Source: Octopus sinensis
Taxonomy: Eukaryota
NCBI RefSeq assembly: GCF_006345805.1
Contig: NC_043002.1
Coordinates: 91,078,001 to 91,142,000 of the forward strand
DNA length: 64,000 bases
Direction of reading: 5' to 3'
Shown here: in pieces, positions 53,775-64,000 of the stretch
Numbering within the stretch: the first letter of the stretch is position 1
Layout: the number at the start of each line of letters is the position of its first letter
Program-made: the position numbers and the translations under genes
The notes under the pieces: generated by a model
What the model saw: only the letters and a program-made list of their open reading frames with translations
Databases searched by the model: none
What the model was told of the DNA's origin: nothing

Positions 53775-53927
53775 CCATATGAGTGGGATAACCATTATGT
53801 GGACAATCCTGATGCTAGAAGTAGATCCGCTATGGTCTTACCACTAAGAAATGTTCTCTAGAAAATTTAGCAAACACCAGAAACGTAAGCGAGCAAGACA
53901 TATGAAAAGTATCAAAAATATAGATTA

Positions 53928-53996
53928 ATTATAAACAATGTTTCACAGATAGCGTAATTTTACTTACGCAATTTGTCCGTAGATCTTCAGTATGAT
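53928..53996 (-). ncRNA. HHR-like motif with a 3-nt insertion after A9
   Basis: AUCAUA-CUGAAGA-UCU-ACGGA...GCGUAA/UUACGC...UCUGU-GAAAC-AUU-GUU-UAUAAU. Confidence 0.5.
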
Positions 53997-54195
53997 CGTC
54001 CATACATATATAATTTGCAGAGCTATATGCCAGGCGTCCGCACGAGGTTGACATTTATGTAGTTCTACCAATTGCACTTGTGGTTATTTATCAAAAGTCC
54101 TCGTTCTGGCGCGCTAATTTACCGGAAATAATACTGCATAAGATAATTCACTACAGTAGCTTTTGCCGGTTTGAGAACGTACTAATTTAAAATTA

Positions 54196-54309
<114 letters not shown>

Positions 54310-54583
54310 GTATATATATGTATATATGTATATAGGTGTGTATGTATGTTTGTATGTATATAGAAGTTTGTTGACAAGTAATGTTTTATTCCTGATGGGT
54401 TTCTAGCAAACCTTCTCACCAAATAATCCTAGTGGGGGTTCCGGTTTAGTCACGACGACTCGACCATTTAATAAATTGTACTGGAATCCATGTTACCAAT
54501 AGTACTCATGAGTGACCTCATAAGTTACCAAGCATACATACATACATACATACATACATCGATCGACAGACAGACAGACAGAC

Positions 54584-54681
<98 letters not shown>

Positions 54682-54725
54682 GGTACTTGAGGTATTAATG
54701 GTCATATATGGTAATTTAGTAAAAC

Positions 54726-55081
54726 AATTCCAAGCTTGCAGCGTAGAAGGTGTTTATAAGCCATTTAAGAAACACACAAAAGCCGTTCGATTCACTTCAA
54801 CATTTAAGTTTAATTGTCAAAATATTTTCGTCACTAAAATCCGCGGCCTGTTCACTGACAAAAATCCGTGCTGCATTTTTGTCAGTGAACAGGCCGCGGA
54901 TTTTAGCGACGAAAATATTTTGACAAATTAAACTTAAATGTTGAAGTGAATCGAACGGCTTTTGTGTGTTTCTTAAATGGCTTATAAACACCTTCCACGC
55001 TGCAATTGTTTTCGTTTCAGCACACGATCTCAGATCAAATTACTTGCTATGCGAGTACATTTCCGTAATTCCAAGCTTGCA
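54726..55081. mobile_element. 130-bp-arm palindrome (54736-55005) plus tail, flanked by a 15-bp direct repeat; two outward-facing G3-C8 HHR-like motifs (54814-54862 -, 54878-54927 +)
   Basis: Arms differ at about 3 sites, 9-nt loop; aattccaagcttgca at 54726-54740 and 55067-55081. Confidence 0.8.
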
Positions 55082-55084
55082 AGA

Positions 55085-55450
55085 TAAAAATGTATTTCCA
55101 TAAAAATTTGTGCCTATATTCCCGATAAGTTTTCTCATAAGATTATTCTGTGAATCTGCCTTCCGCTTCGATGATTGCTTCAATGCAGGACGGGAATTAT
55201 TGACGTGTCTGCTCCAAATGGCTCTTCTTCCTTTCCGACATTATCTGGACAATGACGACCTTCAGTGAAGCTATAGTATTGCGAAGATGGCGATTGCTCT
55301 CCCCTTCAGTAGTAGTCCATGAGATTTAAATCTAGTGAATTTGAGGGCCACGAGTTTGGTGCTACATGATCGTAAAAATTGTCTGACATCCAATCTTGGT
55401 TGCATGGGATGATGCTGAGTTTTATTGAAACATGTATGGTATTCCATTGT
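55085..55450 (-). mobile_element. maT/DD37D-like transposase C-terminal relic
   Basis: QDWMSDNF...WPSNSLDLNLMDYY and CIEAIIEAEG motifs. Confidence 0.7.
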
Positions 55451-55452
55451 GC

Positions 55453-55620
55453 AAGGCGGCGAGCTGGCAGAAACGTTAGTACGCCGGGCGAAATGCGTAG
55501 CCGTATTTCGTCTGCCACCACGTTCTGAGTTCAAACTCCTCCGAGGTTGACTTTGTCTTTCATCCATTCGAGCTCGATTAAATAAGTACCAGTTACGCAC
55601 TGGGGTCGATATAATTTCTA
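55453..55620 (+). mobile_element. S2 SINE
   Basis: S2 head homology, CpG-rich. Confidence 0.8.
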
Positions 55621-55624
55621 TATT

Positions 55625-56345
55625 CTTCGACTCCCTTGGCATCATCACCGTTCGTATCATCCCTACTTTATAAATTTCGACTATTCACGCCAGTGGTATC
55701 TGCAATGAGCCTCTTTTACGATAAAGAGCCGAGTTGTTCAATATCCGAAGTAGGCCCAGCCACCTTCTAATGAGCACATTGCAGTTTTGCTTAATGAATT
55801 GAACCCGTGACAGCGCCACCACGTTTATCAAAAGTGGCCACGAAAAGTGCGGATATAAACCGAACTGTAAGCACCATATTTTAAATTTCCCTGCCAATGT
55901 TCTAACGTATACATGCCCCAAGTTCTTAACAAGTTCTTCTTTGACTGTTGAAATACTTTCTCCTGCTATTTGAAATTTTACTTCTTTTGCACTTTCCGAA
56001 TAAAATGCCAGACTACGCGAGTTTTTGCCCTGAATCGCATCCTCGACCACTTTATCAGCTCGTCTAGCCTCAAGAGGGCACTCTGCACGATTTGCATATC
56101 TATCGACAGAAGCGTCAGGTCATCCATGAAGGCCTTCATAGGTGATTGTATATGGGCAATTTGTTTCGAAAAGTCTGTCGCTTTCAAAATCATCTCCTTG
56201 ACTAGGATAAATAAACCACGTGCGTGACAGATATTGTGCGGTCAGCAGCAATGCTAATCTCCAAGCGGGGACCAATTTGTTGTGAAGTTACCATCTGTAA
56301 GCCTCATCTTGAAATTAACATAGTATATCCTCTAATATGGAAGAA
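55625..56345 (-). pseudogene. RT fragment of a HERO-like (RLE-type) non-LTR retrotransposon
   Basis: PMKAFMDDLTL, LIKWSRMRF, GKFKIWCLQFGLYPHFSWPL, IRRWLGL...SALY...LQIP. Confidence 0.7.
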
Positions 56346-56704
56346 TTGCTGGAAATGAGACCAATGGGTGAAGTTTATATTTTGATTGTGTCGACCACAC
56401 ATACACGCGCGCGCAGAGGTATGGCTGTTATGTCTGAGCATTGCTGATCTACAAGTAAATAACAACATTAACAGAAGGTTCTACATGCCAATTATGGTTT
56501 CACGACGTGATTGCTCATCCTGCTAAAAATAGCAGCTACATAGCTCTTTACTCATATTTTATCGATGTAATTAAGGATAGGACATATTAAATAACAGTCC
56601 TAGACAGCACTAAAAAGAACATAGGTGCGTCCAGTCTTTGCTGACCTGGAGTTAAACAACAACAATAGCGATTAGTTCTAATTTAACCTGATACATCCCT
56701 TCAT

Positions 56705-56895
56705 TATCATGCCGAGCAAAATGCTTAGCAGTATTTCGTTCGTCTTTACGTTCTGAGTTCAAATTCCGCTGATGTCCACTTTGCTTTTTATCCTTTCGGA
56801 GTCGATAAGATAAATACTAGTTGAGCACTGGAGTCGATATAAACGACTAATCCCGTCCCCTGAAATTACTGACCTTGTGCCAAAATCTGAAATCA
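56705..56895 (+). mobile_element. S2 SINE, tail variant c
   Basis: S2 homology. Confidence 0.7.
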
Positions 56896-57031
56896 ATTAA
56901 TCACAGTTTCTTGTAGTTCGAGAAAAACCGTGCTACGATTTCTTGCTGAACAACCTGCACAAATCACCTGGTTATAACGATTAAATGTATATGCTGTACA
57001 TTAGCTCATGCCCTTCGTTAAAGTCTGAATA

Positions 57032-57191
57032 GGTGCATGGTGTACCACACGTCAGGTGGCGAAGTGATCGCAGAGCAACATGAGATGAAGCGTTTGACTC
57101 GAGATAAAAAATGCACCGCCCAGTTTTGGAATCGAACTCGCGCTCCCGTGACCGTGATTGCAACACTCTAACCGCTAAATCACGTGTCCTC
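57032..57191 (-). mobile_element. S4-type tRNA-derived SINE fragment
   Basis: Minus-strand gtggttagagtgttgcaatcacgg...gagttcgattcc, A/B-box-like head. Confidence 0.65.
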
Positions 57192-57776
57192 ATTCAAAGA
57201 CTTCCAATCTGTAGCGGAAGGAAACAAAATACTGTTAGAGAGCTAGAGGAGAAATTGTTCCAATTGTATACACCATTCCATTGTCTGAAATGCATAAAGA
57301 GAATGATGAGGGATAGCACTCGTATTTAAACTGGTAAATTCTTGATGCAAAAGAATGCAAGAATGAAAAGGAGAAGAAATATAGAAGAATTATAGAAGTA
57401 GAAATGAAGCAGAAACTGTATATTGCCTGAAATTTAACAGATGGATTTATTGATCAATCGAATGGGGTTTTTTTTTTCGCTTATTAGTGAGTAACACAAG
57501 CGGACTAATTTCATTTTGGAAATATGTATATAAAACAACGTAGGCTTCGAATCTCTCACAAACAGCGACTAAAATAGAGTTTGCATAATCTCAGAAATAG
57601 AAAGTATATTGGTAGATTAATAATAACGAAGTGTTTGGTTGGCTATAGGCGCAGGTGTGGCAGTGTGATAAGAAGTTTAATTTCCAACCATATGGTTTCA
57701 TGCTAAGTTCCACTTATGACACCTTATATTCCTTATATTATATGAGAAGATTCGGTAGACAGAAACTGAAAGAAGC

Positions 57777-57889
<113 letters not shown>

Positions 57890-57904
57890 ATATATGTATA
57901 TATA

Positions 57905-58205
57905 AAGTTAATCCAAACAAGAAAACAAAAAGACAACAACGCAAGGATGTGGAACAAATAAAGTATTATTGGACGCTCAGGAAAGAAGGGAAGAAGGAGG
58001 GTTTGACGTTTCGAGCGGAACTCTTCGTCGGAAACATAGGAGAAGGAAAGATCCCGAGAAGGGAAGACAGAGGAAAAAAAATCGCTGGTGATACAGACGA
58101 GGTCACATACTAAAAGGCGGAAGGGGTGAAAGTAGATGAAAATGTTTTTAAAAAACAGGAGAGCTATATCAAAGACGGAATGGTAAAGAAGGTGTGCGAT
58201 GATGA
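57905..58205 (-). mobile_element. PLE terminal repeat fragment with a minimal HHR (58001-58035, U4C)
   Basis: GUUU-CCGACGA-A-GAGU-UCC-GCUC-GAAAC-GUC-AAAC; downstream cctgagcg segment is shared with 42190-42290; flanked by microsatellites. Confidence 0.7.
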
Positions 58206-58252
58206 CAAGTGTGTGTGTGTGGGTGTGTGCGTGTGTGTGTGTGTGTGTATGG

Positions 58253-58288
<36 letters not shown>

Positions 58289-58634
58289 ATCAAAACAGTT
58301 TGATTCAAATTCCTTGATACTTAAAGTTTCAAAGTGTGATGATTACCCTCGACCATTGGAACTTTGTAAGGGAAATCAAATGTTATTACCAGTTGATGGG
58401 CTGCGATTGGTCGAGAAAGGTCACGCGGTGTCACAGTTTGATATTGGTATTTTGTTTATCCAATCCCTAGCGTGTGCTTACAGTCGAATAGAGAGCGGTA
58501 ATAAGAAATTAGGATGACATTACCTTACAGTTCTTTCCTATATACGGTGCACTGCACCTTATAGCTGAAACAGCTGTAAGGCAATGAAATTTATAACATA
58601 ATTCCTTTATCATCCCAATTTCATTGATATATAT

Positions 58635-58922
58635 ATATCTAGTGGTTAGAGCAGCGGACTCGCGGTCGAGGGATCGCGGGTTCGAATCTCAGACAGGGCA
58701 ATGTGTGTGTTTATGAGCGAAATACCTAAGCCCCACGCGGCTCCAGCAGAAGGTAATGGCGAACTTCTGCTGAATCTTTCGCCACAACTTTCTCTCACTC
58801 TTTCCTCCTGCATCTAGCAGCTCACCTGCGACGGACCGGCGTCCCGTCCAGGTGGGAACCTATACGCCAAGAAACCGGCAAACCGGCCGTTATGGGCCTG
58901 GCATGGCCCAAGAAGGAACAAA
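58635..58922 (+). mobile_element. Young tRNA-derived SINE (S4b)
   Basis: agtggttagagcagcggactcgcggtcgagggatcgcgggttcgaatctc head; CpG-rich. Confidence 0.8.
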
Positions 58923-58973
58923 CATATATATATATATATATATATATAAATTTATATTTATATATAAATATAA

Positions 58974-59055
<82 letters not shown>

Positions 59056-59503
59056 GAAGGCGCGCATGGCAGAATTTTGGAGGGAAAATTTACGTTCCCA
59101 GTCGTTACTTGGTTTTAACATCTGCGCACTTCCCCCACTATCTGATGTCGCTGGGTCAGAAGTGAGGGCTGGTGGCTTTTGATAAAGCTATCGAATATAG
59201 CGCTGATGACGGAATTCAAACTCCTCTTTTTTTATATGTTTGTGATCCAGAAACACCATGTTCGCTATTAACGGTAAGTGACTGAATTCGTATATTTGCC
59301 ACTCCGGTTTTGTGTATGTGAGCCGCAAGGGCCTTCGTTTTTGGAATCTCCACTTATAGAAATGGAAAAAACGGTCTTTGACTGCCATTTCTAATTCCTT
59401 CGGTATGAGGCGAAACAGCTTGCTGCTAGCCAACTTATTTTTCTTTACTATATATATATATATATATATAAATATATATATATAAATATAAATATATATA
59501 TAA

Positions 59504-60890
59504 ATAAACGAGAAAGAAGCAACAAGAATGGATTAGTTTTTAGTACAATTGTTTCATACAAAGACAGGCTTTATTAAAAGTTGCAAATATTGCAGCAGAT
59601 AAAAGTGTCCCGTACTCATCAGCTAAAACACATATGAGTTCTCCAAACATCTTAGTGGGTGAGGCTACACTCATGAAGTATTGGAGATAATTTCATTAAA
59701 AGCAGATTTAGGTTGTAAACAGACTTCCGAAGTTCTTTAATGATGATGCACAGTCTTATCACAGGTTTTTAAAAAAAGCTTATTAGCTTCACAGAGAAGG
59801 TGAATTAATCCGTAGTGTAGATGTAAAATTCCAGAGATATGAGGAGGAATTTCATACTCACAGACGATGAATTTATCCATGGTTAATCCACAATGAGGTG
59901 GGTATAATTTCATGCTATATGATAAGGTATTTGTCACATTACTGTTCTCTTCACAAGACTGCTATGTTATGACTTCTAAAGGCTGAAGGAATTTTTGTGG
60001 AGCAAAGAAAAGAAAAGAAAGGAAAGAGAAGAAAAGAGACAAGGAAAAGGAAAAAAAGAAAAAGAAAAAAGAAAAAGGAAAAGAAGAAAGAAAAAAGGGG
60101 AGAAGAAAAGAAAAAAGAAAAAAAGAAGAAAGGGGAAGAAGGGAGAAAAGAAAAAACGCCCACATAGAGTATACTGTGACAACTGAGAGGGAAAGGGGTC
60201 GCAGGTGACCCACTACACAGAAGAATTTGTAGACGGCCTGGCTGGCTTCAAATTTGCAGGAATCTAAGAACTATAAGGAGAATATTATTTTTGACCAGTA
60301 AACAGCTATTTATTGCCAACCTGACGTAGCTGAAAGCAGATATGAGAATCTAAAGAGATAACAAGGTCAGGGATAGAGGGGTCGAAGGCTATCATCAAAA
60401 GGAAATACATTAAGAGAAAAAAATAAGTGCAATCCTAACAAGAGGTCATTTAAATTTATTTATTTATTTATTACTGCTACTGTCTTAAATTGTTGTCGTT
60501 ACTATCTATACATTGACAGACTACAGGTCAATACTTAGAAGTTAGTTTACAAGGTGTGAGGGAATTGCCTATTATATTGAAATTTCTCATACTACTTTCA
60601 AGGGAGTAGCATTACTTATTTAATTTTGTAATAGAATTATGAAGCCTTAGTAACTTATTTTATTAAAGTTGTGTTACCTAAATTAGATTAAATTAAAAAT
60701 TAAAAATTAAAATTTAATTTAAAATTAAATAAAACTTCATTTAAGCAACGTACAAGTATTATGTGTTTTAGCTGCTGAGTACGGGACACTTTTATCTGCT
60801 GCAATATTTGCAACTTTTAATAAAGCCTGTCTTTGTATGAAACAATTGTACTAAAAACTAATCCATTCTTGTTGCTTCTTTCTCGTTTAT
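59504..60890. mobile_element. 1.39-kb element with 131-bp inverted termini, each an outward-facing type I HHR (59538-59628 -, intact; 60766-60856 +, A6C)
   Basis: Arms 59504-59634 and 60760-60890 differ at one base; UUUUAG-CUGAUGA-GUAC...GUAU-GAAAC-AAUU-GUA-CUAAAA. Confidence 0.8.
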
Positions 60891-61036
60891 AATCACCCCA
60901 CATTACTGTATGGTTAACACCATATAGTTTTCTGGTGCATCTAAGTTAAGTACTGCATTCAAGTAAATTCATTAGAATTGACTTGAATCTTAATTGCTTT
61001 TATTGTATATAAATAAATATATATACATATAAATAT

Positions 61037-61114
<78 letters not shown>

Positions 61115-61117
61115 AAT

Positions 61118-61835
61118 ATAAATCAATATTAGGGTAGCAAAAAATTCAATAGAAATTATTTTGCCACCAGCGGTCTAGTGAGAAAAAGGAAATAGTCAGA
61201 GACTATTAATAAATTCAACAACAAATTGAGGAACGGCCATAATAGGCCGTTCGACCCACTAGAAGAAGCAGCCAGGGCTTCAACCGCAAATAGTAGTAAT
61301 TCCGGAAACAGAGGAAAATTAAAAAACATTTACCCTGTTCATCTTTAGACAATGCATTGTTTCAGCGTTTTTTAATGGTAAACCAGCCTGATTAAATTAA
61401 ATCAAGTCAATCTTCCAAAGGCCTACGCAATTCATCAGTAAAGGAGCCAGGAGGGAGAGAAATTACACGAGGCAGCTACCTTAATGCCTCGGCAATATCT
61501 GACCTAAAATTTTCAAAATCATCGTACTCGCGCCAATTTATCGGCAGCAAATATAAGCTGCCGATTTCATTTCGGAATTAAGCAGAAAATTATCAATAAA
61601 TCAATATTAGGGTAGCAAAAAATTCAATAGAAATTATTTTGCCACCAGCGGTCTAGTGAGAAAATGGAAATAGTCAGAGACTATTAATAAATTCAACAAC
61701 AAATTGAGGAACGGCCATAATAGGCCGTTCGACCCACTAGAAGAAGCAGCCAGGGCTTCAACCGCAAATAGTAGTAATTCCGGAAACAGAGGAAAATTAA
61801 AAAACATTTACCCTGTTCATCTTTAGACAATGCAT
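61118..61835 (-). mobile_element. 1.5-mer of a 478-bp ORF-less HHR-bearing unit (retrozyme-like)
   Basis: 240-bp direct repeats at 61118-61357 and 61596-61835 (one mismatch); HHR at 61343-61443. Confidence 0.7.
61343..61443 (-). ncRNA. Type I HHR, intact CUGAUGA/GAAA/GUC core
   Basis: CUUUA-CUGAUGA-AUU-GCGU...ACGC-U-GAAAC-AAUGCAUU-GUC-UAAAG; 12-nt palindromic stem III, ACAAUGCAUUGU. Confidence 0.7.
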
Positions 61836-61879
61836 GTTTATAATGATAAGAACTGACTGAAGTATGTTTATGTTTTACT

Positions 61880-62285
61880 TATTACACTAATGCCTTTTGG
61901 GGAGTTGAGACAGTCATATATTCTTATGACATTAATATCCTTATAGAAGTTATGACATCCATACATTTTCATAACATTAATACCCCTAGGGAAGTTATGA
62001 CAGTCATACGTCCTTATGACATTAATACCTTTAGGCAAATAATGACAGTCATACATTCTTATGACTTTAATACCATTAGGGAAGTTATGACAATCACATA
62101 TTCATATGACGTTAATGCACTTAGGTGAATTAGTTATGACAGCCATACGTTCTGATGACATATCAGTACTGCTACGGAAGTTATGACAGCCAGGTCTTCA
62201 TATGACATTAATACCTTTAGGAAAGTTATAGCAGTTATCCATTCCTACGATATTAATATCCCTAGGATAATTAATTATGACCAAT
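61880..62285. repeat. Degenerate 45-bp minisatellite, about 9 units
   Basis: Unit approximately gggaagttatgacagtcatacattcttatgacattaatacctta; gives a 15-aa periodic pseudo-ORF. Confidence 0.85.
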
Positions 62286-62819
62286 GCATTCTTAACCTCA
62301 TCTCTGGTGCGTAAATTTGTCACTGTGCAATAGAAACCTAAATATGAGTGGTGTGTATGTATACAAGCTGTTATCTATAAATATATATAAAATATGTAAG
62401 CCGTTATTTATCAATGTGTGCTTATGCGTGTGTGTGTTATTTATGAATTTGTGTGTGTATGTGTAAGTGTGTCTCTGTGTAAGAGAGAAAGAGCTGTTAT
62501 TTATCAATGTGTATGCGTGTATATACGTCTATGTGTTTGCGTGCGCAAGTTGTTGTTGAAATGTTTTTCACATCATTATTCTGAGTCTATGATCAAAAGC
62601 CGTTTACACAGTTCCTTCTGGCTAAAGAACAAAATGAAAATTCTTCCAATTTTTGTTTCCTATACTTCACAGAATTCATAGAAGAGACAAGATATACTTC
62701 AAACGTCTCGACGATAGGTGAGAGGTAAAGTATAGCGAAGGTAAGATATTCTGTGAGTAAAACTTTTCCAAGTCATTATAGACAAGCTTCTTATGTTCAA
62801 AGTAATGTTTGAAATAATC

Positions 62820-63075
62820 TTTATCATTGAGACATCTCGTCATTTCTTCCCTCTTTAACATTGAGACATCTCGTCAATTCACCCTGCGTTTTTTTTTTAG
62901 CATTGAAACATATCGTCAGCCACAGTATCTTTATCTTAGGAATATCTCGTCTCCATCCCGTTTCACAGTGATATATCTCATCTCCCCTACTTAGCATTGA
63001 GGCATGTCGCCATCTCCCCATCTATTAATAATGAGACAGAAGATTACCCTCGATTTTAACATTGGGACGTTTCAT
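62820..63075. repeat. Degenerate tandem repeats of cattgagacatctcgtca
   Basis: Motif recurs at irregular spacing of roughly 35-45 bp. Confidence 0.6.
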
Positions 63076-63919
63076 CCTTTTGTAATATACCGTTTGTCAT
63101 GGCTGTCGGAATAATAGAAAAGCGACGAGATGAGATGGCTCCACCATCTTTTATTCGTCATGTGATGCTGTTTCTAAACATACATTGCCAACAAGGGAAC
63201 ATTTACGTAGTCGCTCGATTTGCTAGAAATAGTAACCAAATATTTTCCATATTAAATCCTGCCGTCCTAAATAATAAAAGAATACGTTGGATAATGTTAT
63301 TGCTAGAAATATCAGCTAAATCTTCCTCATATTATACCCTGCTGTCTTAAATAAGGAAGAAATACATTGGGTCGTAGGTACATTTAAAAGTAGGGTGGTC
63401 CCCACTGGGCTGTTCGATCAAGACCTGCTCGATCAAAGTTGACCTGGTGTTTAGTAACACTACCACTAATAATAACTTGTAGGTAGCAGAGAGTTGCGAT
63501 AACCCCGAACCATATCATAACTCTGATCTGATAGAGGGCGATGCTAGAATCGAAAGAGAAAGACCGCGGAGAGTGAGGCTCCCCTTAGCTCTTGTTAAAG
63601 CATGTCTCTGGAACCTGCATCAAACTCAGGCTGTATCTGTTCCGATTAATCGGCGGTGATTTGGTCAGCGAAACCTCTGCGATGGTCGGCAATCAACGGT
63701 AAGATGTGCTGCTACGAATCATACTATCCCCAAAGTGTGTATGCATGTGACCGAGCGCCACATGTCATAACTTCCGTAAGAGTACTGATATGTCATCAGA
63801 ACGTATGGCTGTCATTAATTAACCTAAGTGCATTAATGTGGTAGTTCGACGTACTATAAATAGCGACTACATGTTCCTCAAATTAGTTTAAGAAGAGAAC
63901 GAGTAAAAACCAAATTTAA

Positions 63920-64000
63920 TCTCGTGATCGTAAGGTTGTGGTTTCGATTCCTGGACCGGGCGATGCGTTGTGTTCTTGAGCAAAATTCCTTCATTTCACG
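63920..64000 (+). mobile_element. S4 SINE running off the window end
   Basis: gtgatcgtaaggttgtggtttcgattcctggaccggg...ttgagcaaa. Confidence 0.75.

Noticed and set aside
58645-58700. tRNA-like sequence with A and B boxes
   Set aside because: It is a SINE head without an acceptor stem, not a tRNA gene.
59737-59937. 66-aa ORF inside the inverted-repeat element as a transposase relic
   Set aside because: No DDE, RT or GIY-YIG motif recognised.
61255-61300. Minus-strand GCGGUUGAAGCCC resembling a twister ribozyme L4 loop
   Set aside because: P4 pairs only 2 bp and no pseudoknot partner was found; the HHR explains the element.

Overview
AT-rich, microsatellite- and transposon-saturated eukaryotic DNA. 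The SINE, MITE and LINE repertoire looks like that of an octopus (coleoid cephalopod) genome; this is inferred from repeat recognition, not from a database search. The only host coding sequence I can support is the last two coding exons (+ strand, 32806-32958 and 34875-34958) of a PLEKHH1/2 (MAX-1)-type PH-MyTH4-FERM gene. I found no upstream exon in 1-32805, so most of the left half is probably one very large intron. The rest is nested mobile DNA: several tRNA-derived SINE families, RTE, HERO and Tx1-like LINE relics, Tc1, mariner and maT relics, Helitrons and a Penelope-like element (PLE) with a GIY-YIG endonuclease. The most striking signal is about 15 type I hammerhead ribozyme (HHR)-like folds, read by eye, mostly in PLE-type terminal modules next to (TA)n tracts. 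They include (i) a 478-nt ORF-less, hairpin-rich unit present as a 1.5-mer with an intact HHR core (retrozyme-like, 61118-61835), (ii) a family whose core carries a compensatory G3-C8 swap (34297, 54814, 54878), and (iii) an element with 131-bp inverted HHR-bearing termini (59504-60890). Nearly all ORFs in the supplied track are microsatellite or SINE artefacts. No folding or search programs were run, and ribozyme activity is untested.
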